A stretch of 64,000 nt of DNA, taken from the human T2T-CHM13v2.0 reference genome, Homo sapiens. Position 1 is the first letter of the stretch. Each line of letters opens with the position of its first letter. Shown piece by piece: positions 42,437 through 61,700 of this stretch. The notes beneath the pieces were generated by a model. The model ran no database searches and was not told the DNA's origin. It was given only the letters and a program-made list of their open reading frames with translations. Where the stretch lies: assembly GCF_009914755.1 (NCBI RefSeq), contig NC_060930.1. One strand, written 5' to 3'. The translations under genes were made by a program, and so were the position numbers.

Positions 42437-42771
42437 CAGTCCACCCTCCATGTTTGTGGGTTCAACATCCATGGATTCAACCGACTGCAAATCAAAACTA
42501 TTTGGAAAAAAATGGATGGTAGTGTCTGTGCTGAACACATACAGAGATTTTCCTTGTCATTATTCCCTAAGCAATATAACAACTGTTTACAGAGAATGTA
42601 CATTGTATTAGGTATTATAAATAATCTAGAGATGTTTTAAGCTATATGGGATGATGTGCGTAGGTTATATGCAAATATTATGTCATTTTATATAAGGGAC
42701 TTAAACATCTATAGATTTTGGTGTCTGAGGAGTCTTCGAACAAATCCCCCACAGATCCTGAGGGGCCACTG
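42437..42771 (-). mobile_element. MER2-like TcMar-Tigger element
   Basis: TA|CAGTCCACCCTC .. GAGGGGCCACTG|TA termini, 335 bp. Confidence 0.8.
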
Positions 42772-42789
42772 TATATATATATCTTCATA

Positions 42790-43168
<379 letters not shown>

Positions 43169-45451
43169 TAGACTTTTGAAATGTGTACTACAAAATATTA
43201 ACAGTGACTATCTCTGAATGATAGGATTATGGATAAATTTTGTTCTTTTTGCATATCTGTATTTTTATTTTTCCACAGTAAACATCTTTTACTTCTGTAA
43301 TAAAAACTTCATTAAAAAATCCATGCTGCAATTGATTAATTATATACTAACTTTTTTTTACTCTTCCCTCAGTACAGAAAGATTATTCTGTATTTACCAA
43401 ATCTTTACACTTTATTTGCAAATCATTTTGACTGTCTGTTTGCAAGAGGTCAAATTTGCACTCAAGTTCAGCTTTCGTTCATTATCCATGAGCCCAAGAG
43501 AAATTGTGTCAGGTGGACATCAGGTAGCTGAGGCCAATACAATATTATTCCTTTGGGTTGTTGAGAAATCATAGCAGAGGAAAGCCTGTGTTGATAATAG
43601 AGTACCACCAGGAATCTAGGTCTTTACAGCTGCTGGCCTGACCAGCAAGGGTAAAATATTTCAGTCACGCAGCCAGTGATTATTAACCCTAGCTCTATAT
43701 TCCAGAGAGGAAGAGCTAGCCTTTTTGGGTTGTGATCTGTCACTGATTGCAGTTGCACATATACTAGCCATGAGGTCTACACACATGTGAAGAGCATGCT
43801 ACACACATAGACTAGATACACTGACTCATCAGCCTGGAAACAGTGCCTGACCCTCACTTTGATTGTTTGAATGTGTCCTGACCCATTACCCTGCCTTTGG
43901 ATCCGTTCCTGTTTTTTTTTTTTTTTTTAAAGCATTTTATCTGTGAATTAAAATAGTACTTTCCATTGCTTCATTTTTTTTTCCCTGAGGAGTTTAGCTT
44001 TGTTTAATTAGAAACAAGACAACAATCATTACTGGTCTGGTGCAATCTTGTTTAGGACTCCTCTTTTGCTTAGAACTATACCTGGATTAGGGATCACTGT
44101 GATTTAGAGTGTGCAGTATGAGGTTATTTAAATACTTAATAGTATATTTGAAATGAAAAGAGTAGAAATTAAAGACTGAATCATTTACCAAGAAATAACA
44201 GAGGAGACCAATTTACTTCTGTAAGATTTAGTAGAGGCTGTTCCCTTCTTTATAATTGGCTTTGTTTCAGTTACCAGTTAAGTGGGGTGAACTGTTATTA
44301 AAAGGCTATGGGTAAGGTTACAGTAGCATTCTTCTAAGAAAAACTACAGGAGTAGTCACTGTGCAGCTATCTGCTTTGTACCTGCCAATATGGCAGTAGA
44401 TATGGAAGGGTCAGAAAAACAGGACTTCATGTTCATTAACTTTTCCTTTTTCCTTTCTTTCCCTTATTTTTTTCATGTCTTGTATGCAAGATAGCATGCC
44501 TATTCTTTACCTTCAATGTATTTTTGAATTTTTAATCCAGATCATATTTTATCACAATTTGTAACATGTAGCTAATAAAAATGGTTATTACATGAGAACT
44601 TGCTTTACAAATTATAGATCAAATTTTTATACAAATTATTATGTCACCATAGAAAAATAGTTACGATTTATCTGTTTAGTCTTAGAAAAATTATTTCACA
44701 TATTAGTTAAGGCTTTTAGTTTTGAGTGAGCAAAATCCAATTCAAACTAGCTTTGGGTAGAGGTGGGGGTAAAAGAGAAGGAATGGATTTCAATGGAAGG
44801 TTTACTTGCGTGTCTTGGCTAACTGCAAACATGGCAGGGTGCAACCAGACCTTAGTGATCACAGACCCAGGGACTCAGACCCTGTGAGGACCTTAGCCTT
44901 ACCGCCACTCTTCTCCATGTGTCAGCTTCGCGTTCTCTGTCTGCAAGTATGCATTTTCCCTAAGGTGGGAAGCAGAGTTGGCAACAGCTGCCAGGGTTGA
45001 CTTCCTGTGGCATTCTTGCAGTTAGCAAATATTAGAGAAGGACTCTGCTTGGCCCAGCTTTGGGACACACCTCTGGACCAACTAGCTGTTCTCAGGAGGC
45101 AGTAACATGTACAGAGGTGATCCCTGGGGCTCGCCCTGTGAAATCATTGTGAGCCAATCACTACCTCCCTCCCTGATGCTGATGTCTACTATGTTTGATG
45201 TCTCTGAACTTCCATTTCCTCAATTGTGAATGGCACCCTGGTTCCTACCTTGCTGGATAGATGTAGTGATTAGAGTTCATGCTTAACCTACAGGTGCTCT
45301 GTAAAGAATCATTGGCATCATTACCTCTTGTTGGCTCTATCCCATTCCCTATAGATATCTTTCTGCTCTGAGACTAAGCAGAGAAAATAATTTAACATTT
45401 AATTATTGTGCTTCTAAATCCACTTTTACCTCTTCTTTCTTTACTTTTCTC

Positions 45452-46028
45452 TTTATTATTTTTAATTATTTCAAAAATAAAATTGTATATATTTAAGGTG
45501 TACAAGATGTTTTGATATACATATACATAATGAAATGATTACTGCAGTCAAGCTAATTAACATCAATCTCCTCACCTAGTTATCATTTTTGGGGGGCATG
45601 GAGTGAGAGCACCTGAAATCTCTCTTAGCAAATTTCCAGTGTATAATACAGTATTGTTAAACATAGTCATCATGTTGTACATTAGATTTCTAGACTTGTT
45701 CATGCTACATAACTGCAACTTTGTACCCTTTGACCAATACCTCTCTATTTTCTCCACTATTCCATGCCTGAAATTGTGGGATATAGGTATATAGTGTGTG
45801 TGATATATATAGAGGGAGTGATATATGTATATATAATTGTGTGATATATATGTGTGTATATACAAACACACAGACATACACACATGTACATATGTATATA
45901 CATGCACACATACACAATGGGATATTATTCAGCTTTCAAAAAGGACATCCTGCCATTTGCAACAACATGGATGAACCTGGATGACATTATGTTAAGTGAA
46001 ACAAGCTGGACACAAAAAGAAACATGCA
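45452..46028 (-). mobile_element. L1MA-like 3' fragment with inverted 5' part
   Basis: Minus-strand 3'UTR to ~45760, then plus-strand ORF2 end (MGYYSAFKKDILPFATTWMNLDDIMLSE). Confidence 0.72.
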
Positions 46029-46076
46029 CCTTACTTCTTAGACACAAATTTCTTTCTCATAGCCAGCACCTGAAAA

Positions 46077-47252
46077 TAGGGCCAAGTATTTTGCATGATT
46101 TACAATTGACTGTATAAATGTAGCATAGCCAGTTATATGATGTGTTACCATTTCTGCTATAAAATCAAAAGAAGAGATCAGAACATTTAAAAACTTCCCT
46201 GTGGATTTCTACCTCTTACCTAAGCTTTGTTCTTGTTTTTTTAAACCTCATGAACACGAAGCTTTAGATAGCGGAGGTCATGTATCCTTGGGCTCAAATA
46301 TACAGTTTCTTAGCAATCTTTGATTGCTACATTGCCCTTTTTTGTGTTTTTAACTGGCCTTCCCTGACTTAAAATATACTTTAAAAAATAACAAAGGTGG
46401 TATTTAGTTTGCACAGTATGGAATTAAAGGTAAACAACTTTAAATTAAATTTGGTTGGATGTATAAATTATTAAAATATCCTTTCTCTCATGGCTGGGTA
46501 AGTCTGCATTGTCCATTCAGCCTGCTATGTCTCTTTCCATGAGAACACTCCCGAAGAATGGGGCCCTGCTTCCAAACAAGCCAAGCATTTTGTAGTAAAT
46601 TTTAAAAAGCTAAATTTCATAATAACCTTTATAATTGCTACCTGAAAATGGAGTTTGGAATGGCACCAAATTATTAATCAGTAGAAGGAGAATAGATTGC
46701 AAAAAGGTAATTATATCAAATTGAATGCTTCTTGAAATATATTCTGTTAAATAAAATACAGTTCCTCTTCCCTGTTCTCATTTGTAAGCAATGAGGACAA
46801 TTCAGGTAGCATGAATCAGGAATCAGAGTACTTTTCTGTTCCGCAGATTGGCTTAATCATTTTGGGCTCACTTCAAACTGTAGATGAGCATTGTCCTTTA
46901 ACCTGCCGGGCAGCAGAGGTGACCACGTTCACTGCAAAGCCCAGAAGTGAGTTGTTCATCTGGGTTAGGGTCTCAGGAAGAGGCATGTTATGACTTCCCC
47001 ACATTCCTGGACAGTTTAGACTGTAATTCTTGGTTGTTTAAAAAGGTGTTTGAATGTATTTTGTTCAGAGGCTTGAGTAAATGGCTCTTATTCTTACACT
47101 TTTTTTTTTGCCCGCTTTTTCCAGCATTAGAATAGTTTCAGCCCTGACAATTAGCCTTATGCTGACTGGAGTGGATTTTTTGCGTAGGACCAAGTGTTTT
47201 GCATGATTTACAATGGACTGCATAAATGTAGCCTAACAAGTTATATGATGTG
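46077..47252 (+). repeat. Dispersed 68-bp direct repeat (46077-46144 and 47185-47252)
   Basis: 61/68 identical, ungapped. Confidence 0.9.
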
Positions 47253-48384
47253 AAGAAAATTACTTAAGGGTAAAAATGGATTGTTTACTGAGAAAATGAT
47301 GTTATTATAAACTGGTTTGAGGGTATTGTGGTTTAGATGCTGTCCTTACAAATTTGAGCTCTGTTGGTTTGGAGATTTAATATCTAATAATAATAGTTAA
47401 TGTGTAATGAATACTTGCCCTGCTCCAGGCTCTATGTTACGTGTCCTGAATGCATCATCTCATTTAATCCTCCATAAAATTTGAAGCAGTCAGCATTGTA
47501 ATTAATCTCACTTTTCAGATGAGGAAACCAAGGTATGTAAGAAACAAAACCAGTGTTGAATCTGACTAGTACGACTGCAAAGCCTGACTCTTAACCATTG
47601 TGTTCTGTTGCCTTCTCCAAGGGAAAGGAGTGCTTCCAGAAAGGCCATTGGAAGTGAGGAGTGTCACCTGATAATAGCTGGCTCCTCATCCCACTAGGTT
47701 AACAGGCAACAGATGGGGGCCACAGAGTTGGCTGGAGTTAGTCCTGATTGCCAAGGGTAAATGGGGCTGTTACCATGCAATGGATAGAAACTAGGATGCT
47801 CCTGTGTGTCTCCTTATATCCTACCAGGTGTAGCATGAAGGTTAAGGACAATTCCGTCCTCTTATTTGGAGAGGAGACCAAGGCCCTGTAGGACTAAAGG
47901 TTTGGGTGAGCTGAAAGCCAAGGGCAATTGGCCCAGCTTGGGGAGGAGAGTTACAAATACATTTGTGACTATCAGACCAGAAACAGACTGCGGTGTTCAC
48001 CTGCGGTTTGGGTACCTGCTGCTTGTTCTTTGCTGGGGTATCTGAAGACTGAAAACACAGCTCACACTTAGCCTTTTTCCTATTCTGTGTGAAAGAACTG
48101 TAGTAGTTTTCTCTTGCTTAACAAGGTTCTAGTGGTGAAGTTTATTGCTTAGTCTGTGAGTTGTAGGGAAATAACCACAGGATGGGATGGTAGCAGAACG
48201 AGAAAAGAAAAGAAGGTTGTAGATGCCAGGCTGGTGTCGGCTTGAAATTTTTAAAGTATACAGTTCTTCTTTATGGATTATTAAAAAAAAACAGCAAATG
48301 AATACACAAGATTAAATGTTAAGCAGTACAACATTGTACATGATGAAAGGTTAAAGTCTTTCTCTGGTCTCATTCAAAAATCTA

Positions 48385-50430
<2,046 letters not shown>

Positions 50431-51668
50431 AAAAATCTACAGTCCCTTTCTCAATAGGTAAACACTATTAACAATTTCTTCTGAAAATTACATATGTACA
50501 CACACACACACCCCACACATAGATATTTTGTTAACATACATTACCTTATGCTCTACACATTATTCTGTGCCTAGCTTTTCTCATCGAATAATGTGTATTG
50601 GAGATCTTTCCATATAAGTACATATTGGTCTCACTCATTCATTTTTAATGGCTGTATATTAGTCCATAGTATGGAGTAATAATACCTTTTATTGGCACAA
50701 AGTTTTGCAGTTGACAAAGGGTTTGCATATATTGTTTCATTGGGTTGTATAGCAGTCATCAACGGACATATCAAGAATCCCAGAAGGGTAACCTGGGCTT
50801 CACCCAGGATCGCATGGAGCTTGGGACTCAAACAGCTAACATTCCCTAAACAGGCCCATATTCCTGCAATTTAGTGCAGCTGCTACAACATTTAGGTAAA
50901 CTCTTTGAAAGCAGTAAAAAGATCACCAATCTGGGACATCAAGAAGCCAGACGACAAGGAGACATAGACCTCAGGTGAGTGAGAAAAGAGAATAATTGAA
51001 GTTTAGAACTGAATGGGCACTAACGAACAACAGATACATCTCTTTCCTTTCACCGATGAGGACCTGGGTGTGGCCTGTGGATGTTAAGTAGCATGTTTAG
51101 GCCACACAGCTGGATTGTTTTCTTTCCTGAGGCTAGCTCTGGAGAGGGGAGGAAACGGAGATGCTAGATTTTTCCGGGCTCTCTTTTCTCATCAGCTAGA
51201 ATGGGATGTGGATGGAATGCAGCTTGAGAAGCCAAACACCCTTGAGAAATGAGAACTCTGCTTTCTGATGTGGGGCGCATCCTATCTGAGATAACTCTCC
51301 TGCCAGCGCAGTATGACCATTGCGACTTGAGCTGTGTGGGTGCCCAGGTGGTGTAGACCTTAAAACCACTCCTGCTTTTGTTTACTGAATGTCTAATATT
51401 CACACAGTTCTTTGTCTGAGTGCAGGGCCAAAGCAGCAAATAACGAAGAAGCTGTGCCCAACCATAAGAACTATGAAATGCTCCAGATCATCTACGCTAG
51501 TTTGAGTTAAATTTACCATGCAAATAAATATAGAACATTTCTTCTTATGCATAGATTGTATTTGTTCTATTAAACAACCATCCTGTAAAGGTTTTATTCA
51601 TTCATTTATTTTTATTTGTTAGGAGAAATTGTTATTTAAGCTAAGAAAGTAGACTAGTAGTTATTTCT

Positions 51669-52740
51669 TTTTTTTTGCTTATTATACTTTACGTTTGGGG
51701 ATACATGTGCAGGTTAGTTACGTAGGTATACACGTGCCATGGTGGTTTGCTGCACCCATCAACCTGTCATCTAAATTAGGTATTTCTTCTAATGCTATCC
51801 CTTCCCTAGCCCCCCACCCCCTGACAGGCCCCAGTGTGTGATGTTCCCCTCCCTGTGTCCATGTATTCTCATTGTTCAGCTCCCACTTATGAGCGAGAAC
51901 ATGCAGTGTTTGGTTTTCTGTTCCTGTGTTAGTTTGCTGAGAATGATGGTTTCCAGCTTCATCCATGTCCCTATAAAGGACATGATTACATCCTTTTTTA
52001 TGGCTGCATAGTATTCCATGGTGTATATGTGCCACATTTTCTTTATCCAGTCTATCATTGATGGGCATTTGGGTTGGTTTCAAGTCTTTGCTATTGTGAA
52101 TAGTGCTGCAGTAAACATACGTGTGCGTGTGTTTTTAGAATAGAATGATTTATAATCCTTTGGGTATATACCCAGTAATGGGATGGCTGGGTCAAATACT
52201 AGAAGGCTACAGTAACCAAAACAGCATGGTACTGGTACCAAAACAGATATCTAGACCACTGGAACAGATCAGAGGCCTCAGAAATAATGCTACACATGTA
52301 CAACCCTCTGATCTTTGATAAACCTGACAAAACAAGCAATGGGGAAAGGATTCCCTATTTAATAAATGGTGTTGGGAAAACTGACTAGCCATATGCAGAA
52401 AACTGAAACTGGACCCCTTCCTTACACCTTATAAGAAAATTAACTCAAGATGGATTAAAGACTTAAATGTAAGACCTAAAACCATAAAAACCCTAGAAGA
52501 AAACCTAGGCAATACAATTCAGGACATAGGCATGGGCAAAGAGTTCATGACTAAAATACCAAAAGCAATGGCAACAAAAGCTATAATTGACAAATGGGAT
52601 CTAATTAAACTAAAGAACAACTGCACAGCAAAAGAAACTATCATCAGAGTGAACAGGCAACCTACAGAATGGGAGAAAATTTTTGCAATCTATCCATCTA
52701 ACAAAGGGCTAATATCCAGAATGTAGAAGGAACTTCAACA

Positions 52741-52780
<40 letters not shown>

Positions 52781-53095
52781 ACCCCATCAAAAAGTGGGTG
52801 AAGGATATGAACAGACAGTTCTCAAAAGAAGACATTTACACTGCCAACAACATAAATATGCTGCCAACAAGCATATGAAAAAAAGCTCATCATCACTGGT
52901 CAAGAGAAATGCAAATCAAAACCACAATGACATACTATCTCACACCAGTTAGAATGGCAATCATTAAGAAGTCAGGAAACAACAGATGCTAGAGAGGATG
53001 TGGGGAAATAGGAACGTTTTTACACTGTTGGTGGGAGTGTAAATTAGTTCAACCATTGTGGAAGACAGTGTGGCGATTCCTCAAGGACCTACAAT
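51669..53095 (-). mobile_element. L1PA6-8-like element, 5'-inverted
   Basis: Minus-strand 3' part to ~52197, plus-strand inverted part 52198-53095; 14-bp TSD TAGTAGTTATTTCT (51655-68, 53096-109); internal (CA)n 52746-76. Confidence 0.92.
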
Positions 53096-53279
53096 TAGTA
53101 GTTATTTCTAGGTCTGACGGGCTGTCTTTTAGTTTGTTTTCTTATTCTGAGGTGGACTTAAACCAATTTTAAAAACAGGGATGACTGAATTCGTGTGTTA
53201 ATCTTGTACTACAGGAACCCTTTGACATTGATTCAGAAGCACCCAAGTGTTTGTTCATTAATCCTTTTTTATTTTTGCA

Positions 53280-54120
<841 letters not shown>

Positions 54121-56156
54121 ACTCTTATCAGGATACCTGGGAGGAACTTCTCCTACGAAGTTAATTTGGGGGGACTCCTGAAGATGAGTGAAACCCCTTA
54201 TTAAGCACTTAGAGGGTCGAAAGTGTACAAGGGAACGTTCAGGTGTGACAGCTTGAGAGACATGCATATTCCACCCCCACACCAGAGCTTAGTGAACCGT
54301 CTTTTCTATTTTCTCCCAAAGCACCAAAATGGCCCAGAAATTGGAAGATGGAAAATGGACTTATTTATGAGTCTGGGAAGGCAGGGCAGTAAGCACAGTC
54401 CTGTTCAGGGTTTCTGAGTTTTACCCTCTTGCTCTGATTGCGAGATCATTTTCCTCTTCCTTGCTTCTTCAGCTTAGGACAAGAACAGTTTGGAAATTGT
54501 TTCTACTACTTTGGACACCATAGTTTAGATTTCAAATGAGTACAAGTGGGAGGAAAGCTTGGATAATTCTCTGGAAATAATCGAACAGAGTGAAGGAGAG
54601 GGGTCTACAGGTGAGCTGAATGCTGCATGGCATTGAAGTAATCACACCAGTCGTCACAATTCTCTCCTCTTTGATGGTTATCTGTTGTCCCAGAAGGAAC
54701 AATTTCAGAAAGTCCTTTTCTGGACTGTAGAATAGCACTTGCTTATTTGATGAGCCCTGAGAAGCATTACTGAAAGCGGTTCATTGTCCCTGAGGTATTA
54801 CAATGAGATGGTGGTCACTGATTTCATTATGTTTTCCTTTATTGCAGCTGTTGGTTTGATCCTTTGCCAGGTGCTTAAAACAATTGTGGTTTTGCAGATG
54901 GTAAGTTAGAGGTTGGACAAAAAAAGGGATCATGTCACTGCCCTGGCCAAAATTTCAACAGACTGGGGTCTAGTGAGGGCAAATAGATAGAGGCTTTCCT
55001 CTTCACTTTGTGTTATTTAGAAAAAGAAACTTTCCAGGACAAATTTCTTTCCTAGAATTCCTTTTTTAAAAATTTTTTTTCTTTGAAAATTTACTTAGAT
55101 GCAAATAATATATTTTTCTTCCTTTTAAATAATAAAAGTAAGATGTCTCTTGGAGGTGGTGGTTGTCACTGACAAGATTAACTAGAACTGACTAGCTGTA
55201 AAAATATAATTTGGGATGCATTATTAAGGCATGCCATTTTTATTTGCATGCCATTGTGTACAGATGTGGTTGTGAAATAGTTCAAATCATGGCACATTGA
55301 ATGTCCTCACTGGATTTTTAGGAATGTGTTCACTGAGACAGCCAAATCCTATTTCATTTTCTTTGGCTCATTGCATTGGCTGTAAATTGGAGATATTCAC
55401 TTTAATATGTGAGTCAAAATTTATTTCCAAACATAATACTGCAGTTGTTCTGTCACAGAATATAAATTTCTTATTTATTTCCTTAATACGTTGCTTTCTA
55501 CTTTTTCTTTTTTTCTTTATTTTATTCTGGAGTATGTGGAAAGGTTTTCCAGAAAGATTTGCATATGCCATAATCTACTGATGAATACTTTTTTTGGGTT
55601 ACTCTTTCATATTTTGGGAGATATAACTATGGAAGTGTTAGGAATCATGGGTTCTGGAAATAGTTTTATTACTGCTTCTGAAATGCCCTCCCAATGATAC
55701 CATATAGTAATTCCATCAGGGAATAATATTTTTATTATAGTTTAAAATATAACTTAATATTTAGGTTCTCTTGTTCAGTCATCGTCAAGTTCTTTTTATT
55801 TCACCAACCCTACCATGGCACTCCTGAAAGACTTGTGAATGCGACAGACCTGGATTTAATCATGGCTTTGCCATCTGCTAGCCAAGAGAACTTGAACAAG
55901 TGAGTCAACTTCTTGGAGTCTCATTTTCTGCTTCTGTAACATGGGAACTAGGGTAATCTAACTCATTGCTTGTGATGATTAGATGAGGCAAAATGCTGAG
56001 TTCACCTAGCCCAGCACCTGGTCCATGGGAAGCATGTGGGTTCTGCTGCTACCCAGTCCTTGGCCCAGTGCATGGTGCACAGAAGGGAATCTGAACAGGC
56101 CAACTTTATTCCTATTCTTGACCCACCCCATGTAGATGCTTCCTACATCTTCAGCT

Positions 56157-56456
56157 TCTTCTTCTTCTTCTTTTTTTTTTTAAGGCAGGGTCTCACTCTG
56201 TCCCCCAGGCTGAAGTGCAGTGGCACAACCACAGCTCAGGGCAACCTCGACCTCCTAGGATCAAGTGATCCTCCCACCTCAGCCTCCTGAGTAACTGGGA
56301 TGACAGGACCACACTACCACACTTGGCTAATTTAAAAACTTTTGTAGAGCTGGGGTCTTGCTATGTTGCCCAGGCTGGTCTCAAACTCCTGGATTCAAGT
56401 GATGCCCTCACCTCAGCCTCCCAAAGTGCCTGGAAAACAGGCCTCCACACCCAGCC
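56157..56456 (-). mobile_element. AluJ
   Basis: TSD-like CTTCA(G/A)CTTC; Alu homology. Confidence 0.9.
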
Positions 56457-56464
56457 TTCAACTT

Positions 56465-57440
<976 letters not shown>

Positions 57441-58479
57441 TCCACTTGTTGGAAGTGGAACATGGTCTCCCACTTCATTTTGACACAACTTCCAAGCTTC
57501 AGAACTGTATTTACAACAGCGTGCTGGGAGGTCGCTTTGAGTTTATGACGGAAATCTCATATCAACAGGTTTTAAATTGTTCCATACGACTTCTTGCCAC
57601 CCCTGTCCCAATTCAGATCTTTTTTTTGATTAATGGTATGAACAATTTTCAAAATATCCTGGCACAATCTATTAGAATATTTGACTTTCTCCTCCTCCTC
57701 CCTTTAGCCCTAACTATTTGGCAAAGCTGTTGAAAACTTCTTCACATCTTCTCTCTGCCTCATCTACTTTGCTACTCAAAGATGATTAGTAGATGTTTTG
57801 GTATGATTTTTTTTCCTTGGCATAACTGTGAATACTTTTAATCCTTCATGTTTTATGACAATCATACATTCCCACTTTTGTGTAAAAACATTTTGAATTC
57901 TTCTTTCTATAACAAATTCTTTGCCAGTCTTCCTTTTCTTTTTGCTTTTAGTGAGTTCCAATGATATCATTGTTTGAACCTGTTTTCTAATTCTATGCTG
58001 CTATTCCCATACTCCCTCTTTGCTTTGGTTACAGTAGATAATGTGGGTGGTCCTACCAAGACAAAGCATCACTCAGGAGTCAAGGGCTGGGGTAGATACA
58101 GACACTAGGTACTGCAGAAAGTCAATATCTTTCTCAGAGTGTAAGGCAGGACAAGACTTCTGTTCCCTTGTATCGTTGTGGCTGGGGAGTTGGACTGTGC
58201 ATTTCATCCTTGTCATATAAGTCAAAGTATTGCCCAAATAACTTAATTTTGGTGTGGTCTTAGTAAGTATTTGTCTCGTAGATATGTTAAATAGAAGACA
58301 GTAACATTGGGTTGGCTGTGTTAATTCCTCACTTTTTCTTTCCTATACATGAGCTTCCTAAGAAGCGGAACACTTGGTGGTCAGACAGTTGCAGAGATTC
58401 CTTGCATGATTGCAATCTGGAAAGTAGATACCATTCTTGAATGAAGAGCTTGCCCTTTGGAGAAGCTGGGCTTTCCATA

Positions 58480-58710
58480 TATGGAGGTTGTTAGAATGCA
58501 TAAGAGTTCAGCTTCTGGAATGAAAGGAGACCTTGGTTCAAAACCCATCTGCCACTTGCTTGCTGTGTGGCTTAAATCAGGCTTTTAAACTTCAATTATA
58601 ATTTTGCATCTGTATAATAGGATTAATATAATTCCTTCCTCATAAAGTTCCTAGGGGGTTAAATGAAACAATCAATGTATAACACACTTCCTGGCATGTG
58701 ATGTTCAGTA
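58480..58710 (+). mobile_element. MIR SINE
   Basis: GACCTTGGTTCAAAACCC..CATCTGTATAATAGGATTAATA..CCTGGCATGTG. Confidence 0.6.
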
Positions 58711-61700
58711 CCTAGAAGACTCGGTTTCCTTGGTAGAGAGAATATTTGGCTAGACAAGCTTATGGAATTACCCCCAGATAGGAAGTGAGCACAAGTGTGA
58801 AATGAACAAGCCAGAGCAGGAACGGCTCTTGGAAGCGTCTACTCAGGCCTGGGCAGTTGCTGGTTTATATAACAGTGCTTTGAAAATTCACGTGCAGATT
58901 CTTACTATTTTCCCAAATGTTACAGCTCAAAACTATGTTGTCTGTACCTTAACACCTAAAGGATAATATAGTCTTTCACTGATAAAACTAAAATGTCGTA
59001 GGTTTTCCTTTGGCCAAATATGTATAGAAACTTGTGATTTCACATCAGATTTAAAGCTGTATTTAACACTCTATGAAAACATACTGATGCTTAGAAGTAG
59101 AAAGGAAGTCAGATTTTGACATCTTACTTGTCAACTTAAATTATTTATAGTTCCTGGATGCTTCAAAATGTGATAAACCATAGTTAATTTTATGTAAATA
59201 TTCGATGAGTACCTTTAATAAGGAGACTGTAAAGGTAGCCAAGCTTTATATATGTTAGCTACATTTATGGGTCAATCGGGTATAAAAAATAGGACTTCGA
59301 AAATAAAATATTATTTTGTCGGACTCCTCCAATGAGGCTTTTTCGCAGGATTAGCTAAAATTGGCTCTTATTTGATGTGTGAGTGCTTAAACATTGGAGA
59401 ATTCATTTTTCTTTTAGAATTCATTTTTATTTCTGAGCCTTAAAATATGAACAGTTAGCTAAATGTTTGTATATGTTGATAAGGAATGCTAAGTGTTTAT
59501 TCCTTAATGGGACGACACCTTTTCCCGGTTTACATAACTTGCCTTTTAATCTAACCTTATGAAAGTCTCCTTGACTTTAATTTTTTTTCAGAGTACTGTA
59601 TATCTCTTTAGGGAATGCATTTATTTAAAAAATTATAAAGCAAGAATAGATGTGATATATTTTGAAGTTTTCTAGTCACAAATTAAATCCCTAGATGTGT
59701 TGTAGTTTGTGGAGCACTTTGAAATGTGCCAATTCAAGATGGAAATAGCAGGAAAGAACCATTCAAGTACGATTTCTGACTCCATAAAGTTAGGAAGTTA
59801 TGATAAAGGAAAAATAACTACACCACATACTTATGGCACAGAATTGCATTATTGGGACAAATTGATCTTCAAATTTGTAGGCTATGATGGAAGCAAATAT
59901 TTGTAGTATCTTAATATTCAACTGTTAAGCCAGGAGACGAGTACTCTGAACTTCAGCTTCTCATAAAATCAGTCAGTTACATGACAGTTTATGTAGTTTA
60001 TATGTAAGAAACCCTTTGATCAAGATATGCCTTTTCTTCAGCCTTGTTAATACTTCATTTATAAGGATTTTTATTTCTAGGAAAATAATACCATAGACCT
60101 ATTTTATTTAAAGCTAAAGTGTTTCCTGGTGATGGTGGTGAATGGGGAGATGATTCAAGGAAACTGCTAATCTTGTAGAGTTTAGTAAAATCTTGGAATA
60201 GAAATTTTAAAAAGTTAAAACACACTATGAAAACAAATCATTATTAGTAAAATGAACCATATTAAAATGTCTCCATAACCAACGTATTATAGCAGGGGAA
60301 AATGGCATTTTAATTCAGAAAAACATTTCTATATAAAACAAGCTTTGGAATAATTTGAATATGTTGATTTTTCTTTGGGGCAATCATGAAATACAGTCAT
60401 ATTAGGAAAGAGGCAAGGCCTCAAAACGGAAAGAGTAGTGAGGATAATTCATGAGCAATGCGTGGCTTCATGGATCCCTTCCTGGCCCTCTTCATCTATG
60501 AACATCTGCTTTATGTTCATGTCTGGCCTCACCCAGTGCTGAAGAGCAGACTGCCCCTGCTTAGAACCAAGCCTTGTTCTTGTGGATTTGAGTTTTGGGG
60601 TCCTGAGGTAGAATGGCCATCATATTGTTCAGGGTCCTCACCTTCCCACTCATTACTTCCTTTATAGAACCCCAGTCATCCCCCTCAGGAGGCCTGCGCT
60701 CCACAAATGAAGTTGGGGGTGAGGGGAGCTTTAGCATCTCAGTATTGTTCAGATATTGGATACTTGTTGAGCTCCACTATGTGTGTGAGAATGCGCTGGG
60801 CTCAGGATCAATAGCCATAAATGAGACAGATATGGCCCATCCCTTGCCATGCCTAAACTGATCTGGGCATTGAGACAAGCAGTTAAAACCCAACATAGTA
60901 AGTCCTATGATGAGACACAAACTAAGCATGGCTGGAAGGGCAGATAAGATTTCACAGAGGAACTGACATCTTGACTGGCACACTTAGAAGATGAGTAGGA
61001 GTCAGTTGGGCCAAGAGGAGAAAAAGTGTGTTTCCATGAAGAAGAAGAGCATGTGCCAAGTCCTGGGGGTGAGAAGCATGGCATGTGTCAACAGAAAGAC
61101 ATGATCAGAGCTTGGATGGGAGTTAGAGTGGGGAGAGAAGGCAAGGAAAAACATAAGAGCTTTGCAAACTGTGAAGGCATTGCATTTAGATGTCATTTTT
61201 AGAGCTTGGAGGAGCCTCAGGACATTGAGGCAGGATAGTGGCCTGATGGCGTATGATTTTAGGAAAAATCACTGTGGCCACCCTGTGGGGAAGGATTGGC
61301 GGGGGAAGGCTGGAGGCAAAGGGTCCTGCGGTGGGCTGTGGTAATGATCTGGGCTGGAGAAGGTATGGTGGTGCCCAGCGCAAAATTGGTTTCGCTTTGA
61401 AAAATAATTAGAAAATATTTGTTTTGATCTGTGTGCCTGTGGTGGGAGGTGGGGAGGGAGGGTCAAGTGAGGAAGGAGATTGAATCTAGAATAATGCCCA
61501 TGTTTCAGGCTTCACGTGCAGACATTTCTTGGTTCAGCTGGGAAGTGAATAGGAACAGACTGGCGAGGAAAGAAGACAGTCGTCAGTTCTGTCTGGGGCA
61601 CATCCATCTTGACGAGTGTGAGAGAGTCAAGTCTTGATGGACAGGGGCAGGTGGACATTCAGGAAACTCAGGAAAGAGATTTGATCTGAAGTGACCACCA

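Noticed and set aside
44670-45100. Possible old MLT1-type LTR
   Set aside because: Too diverged to call boundaries by eye
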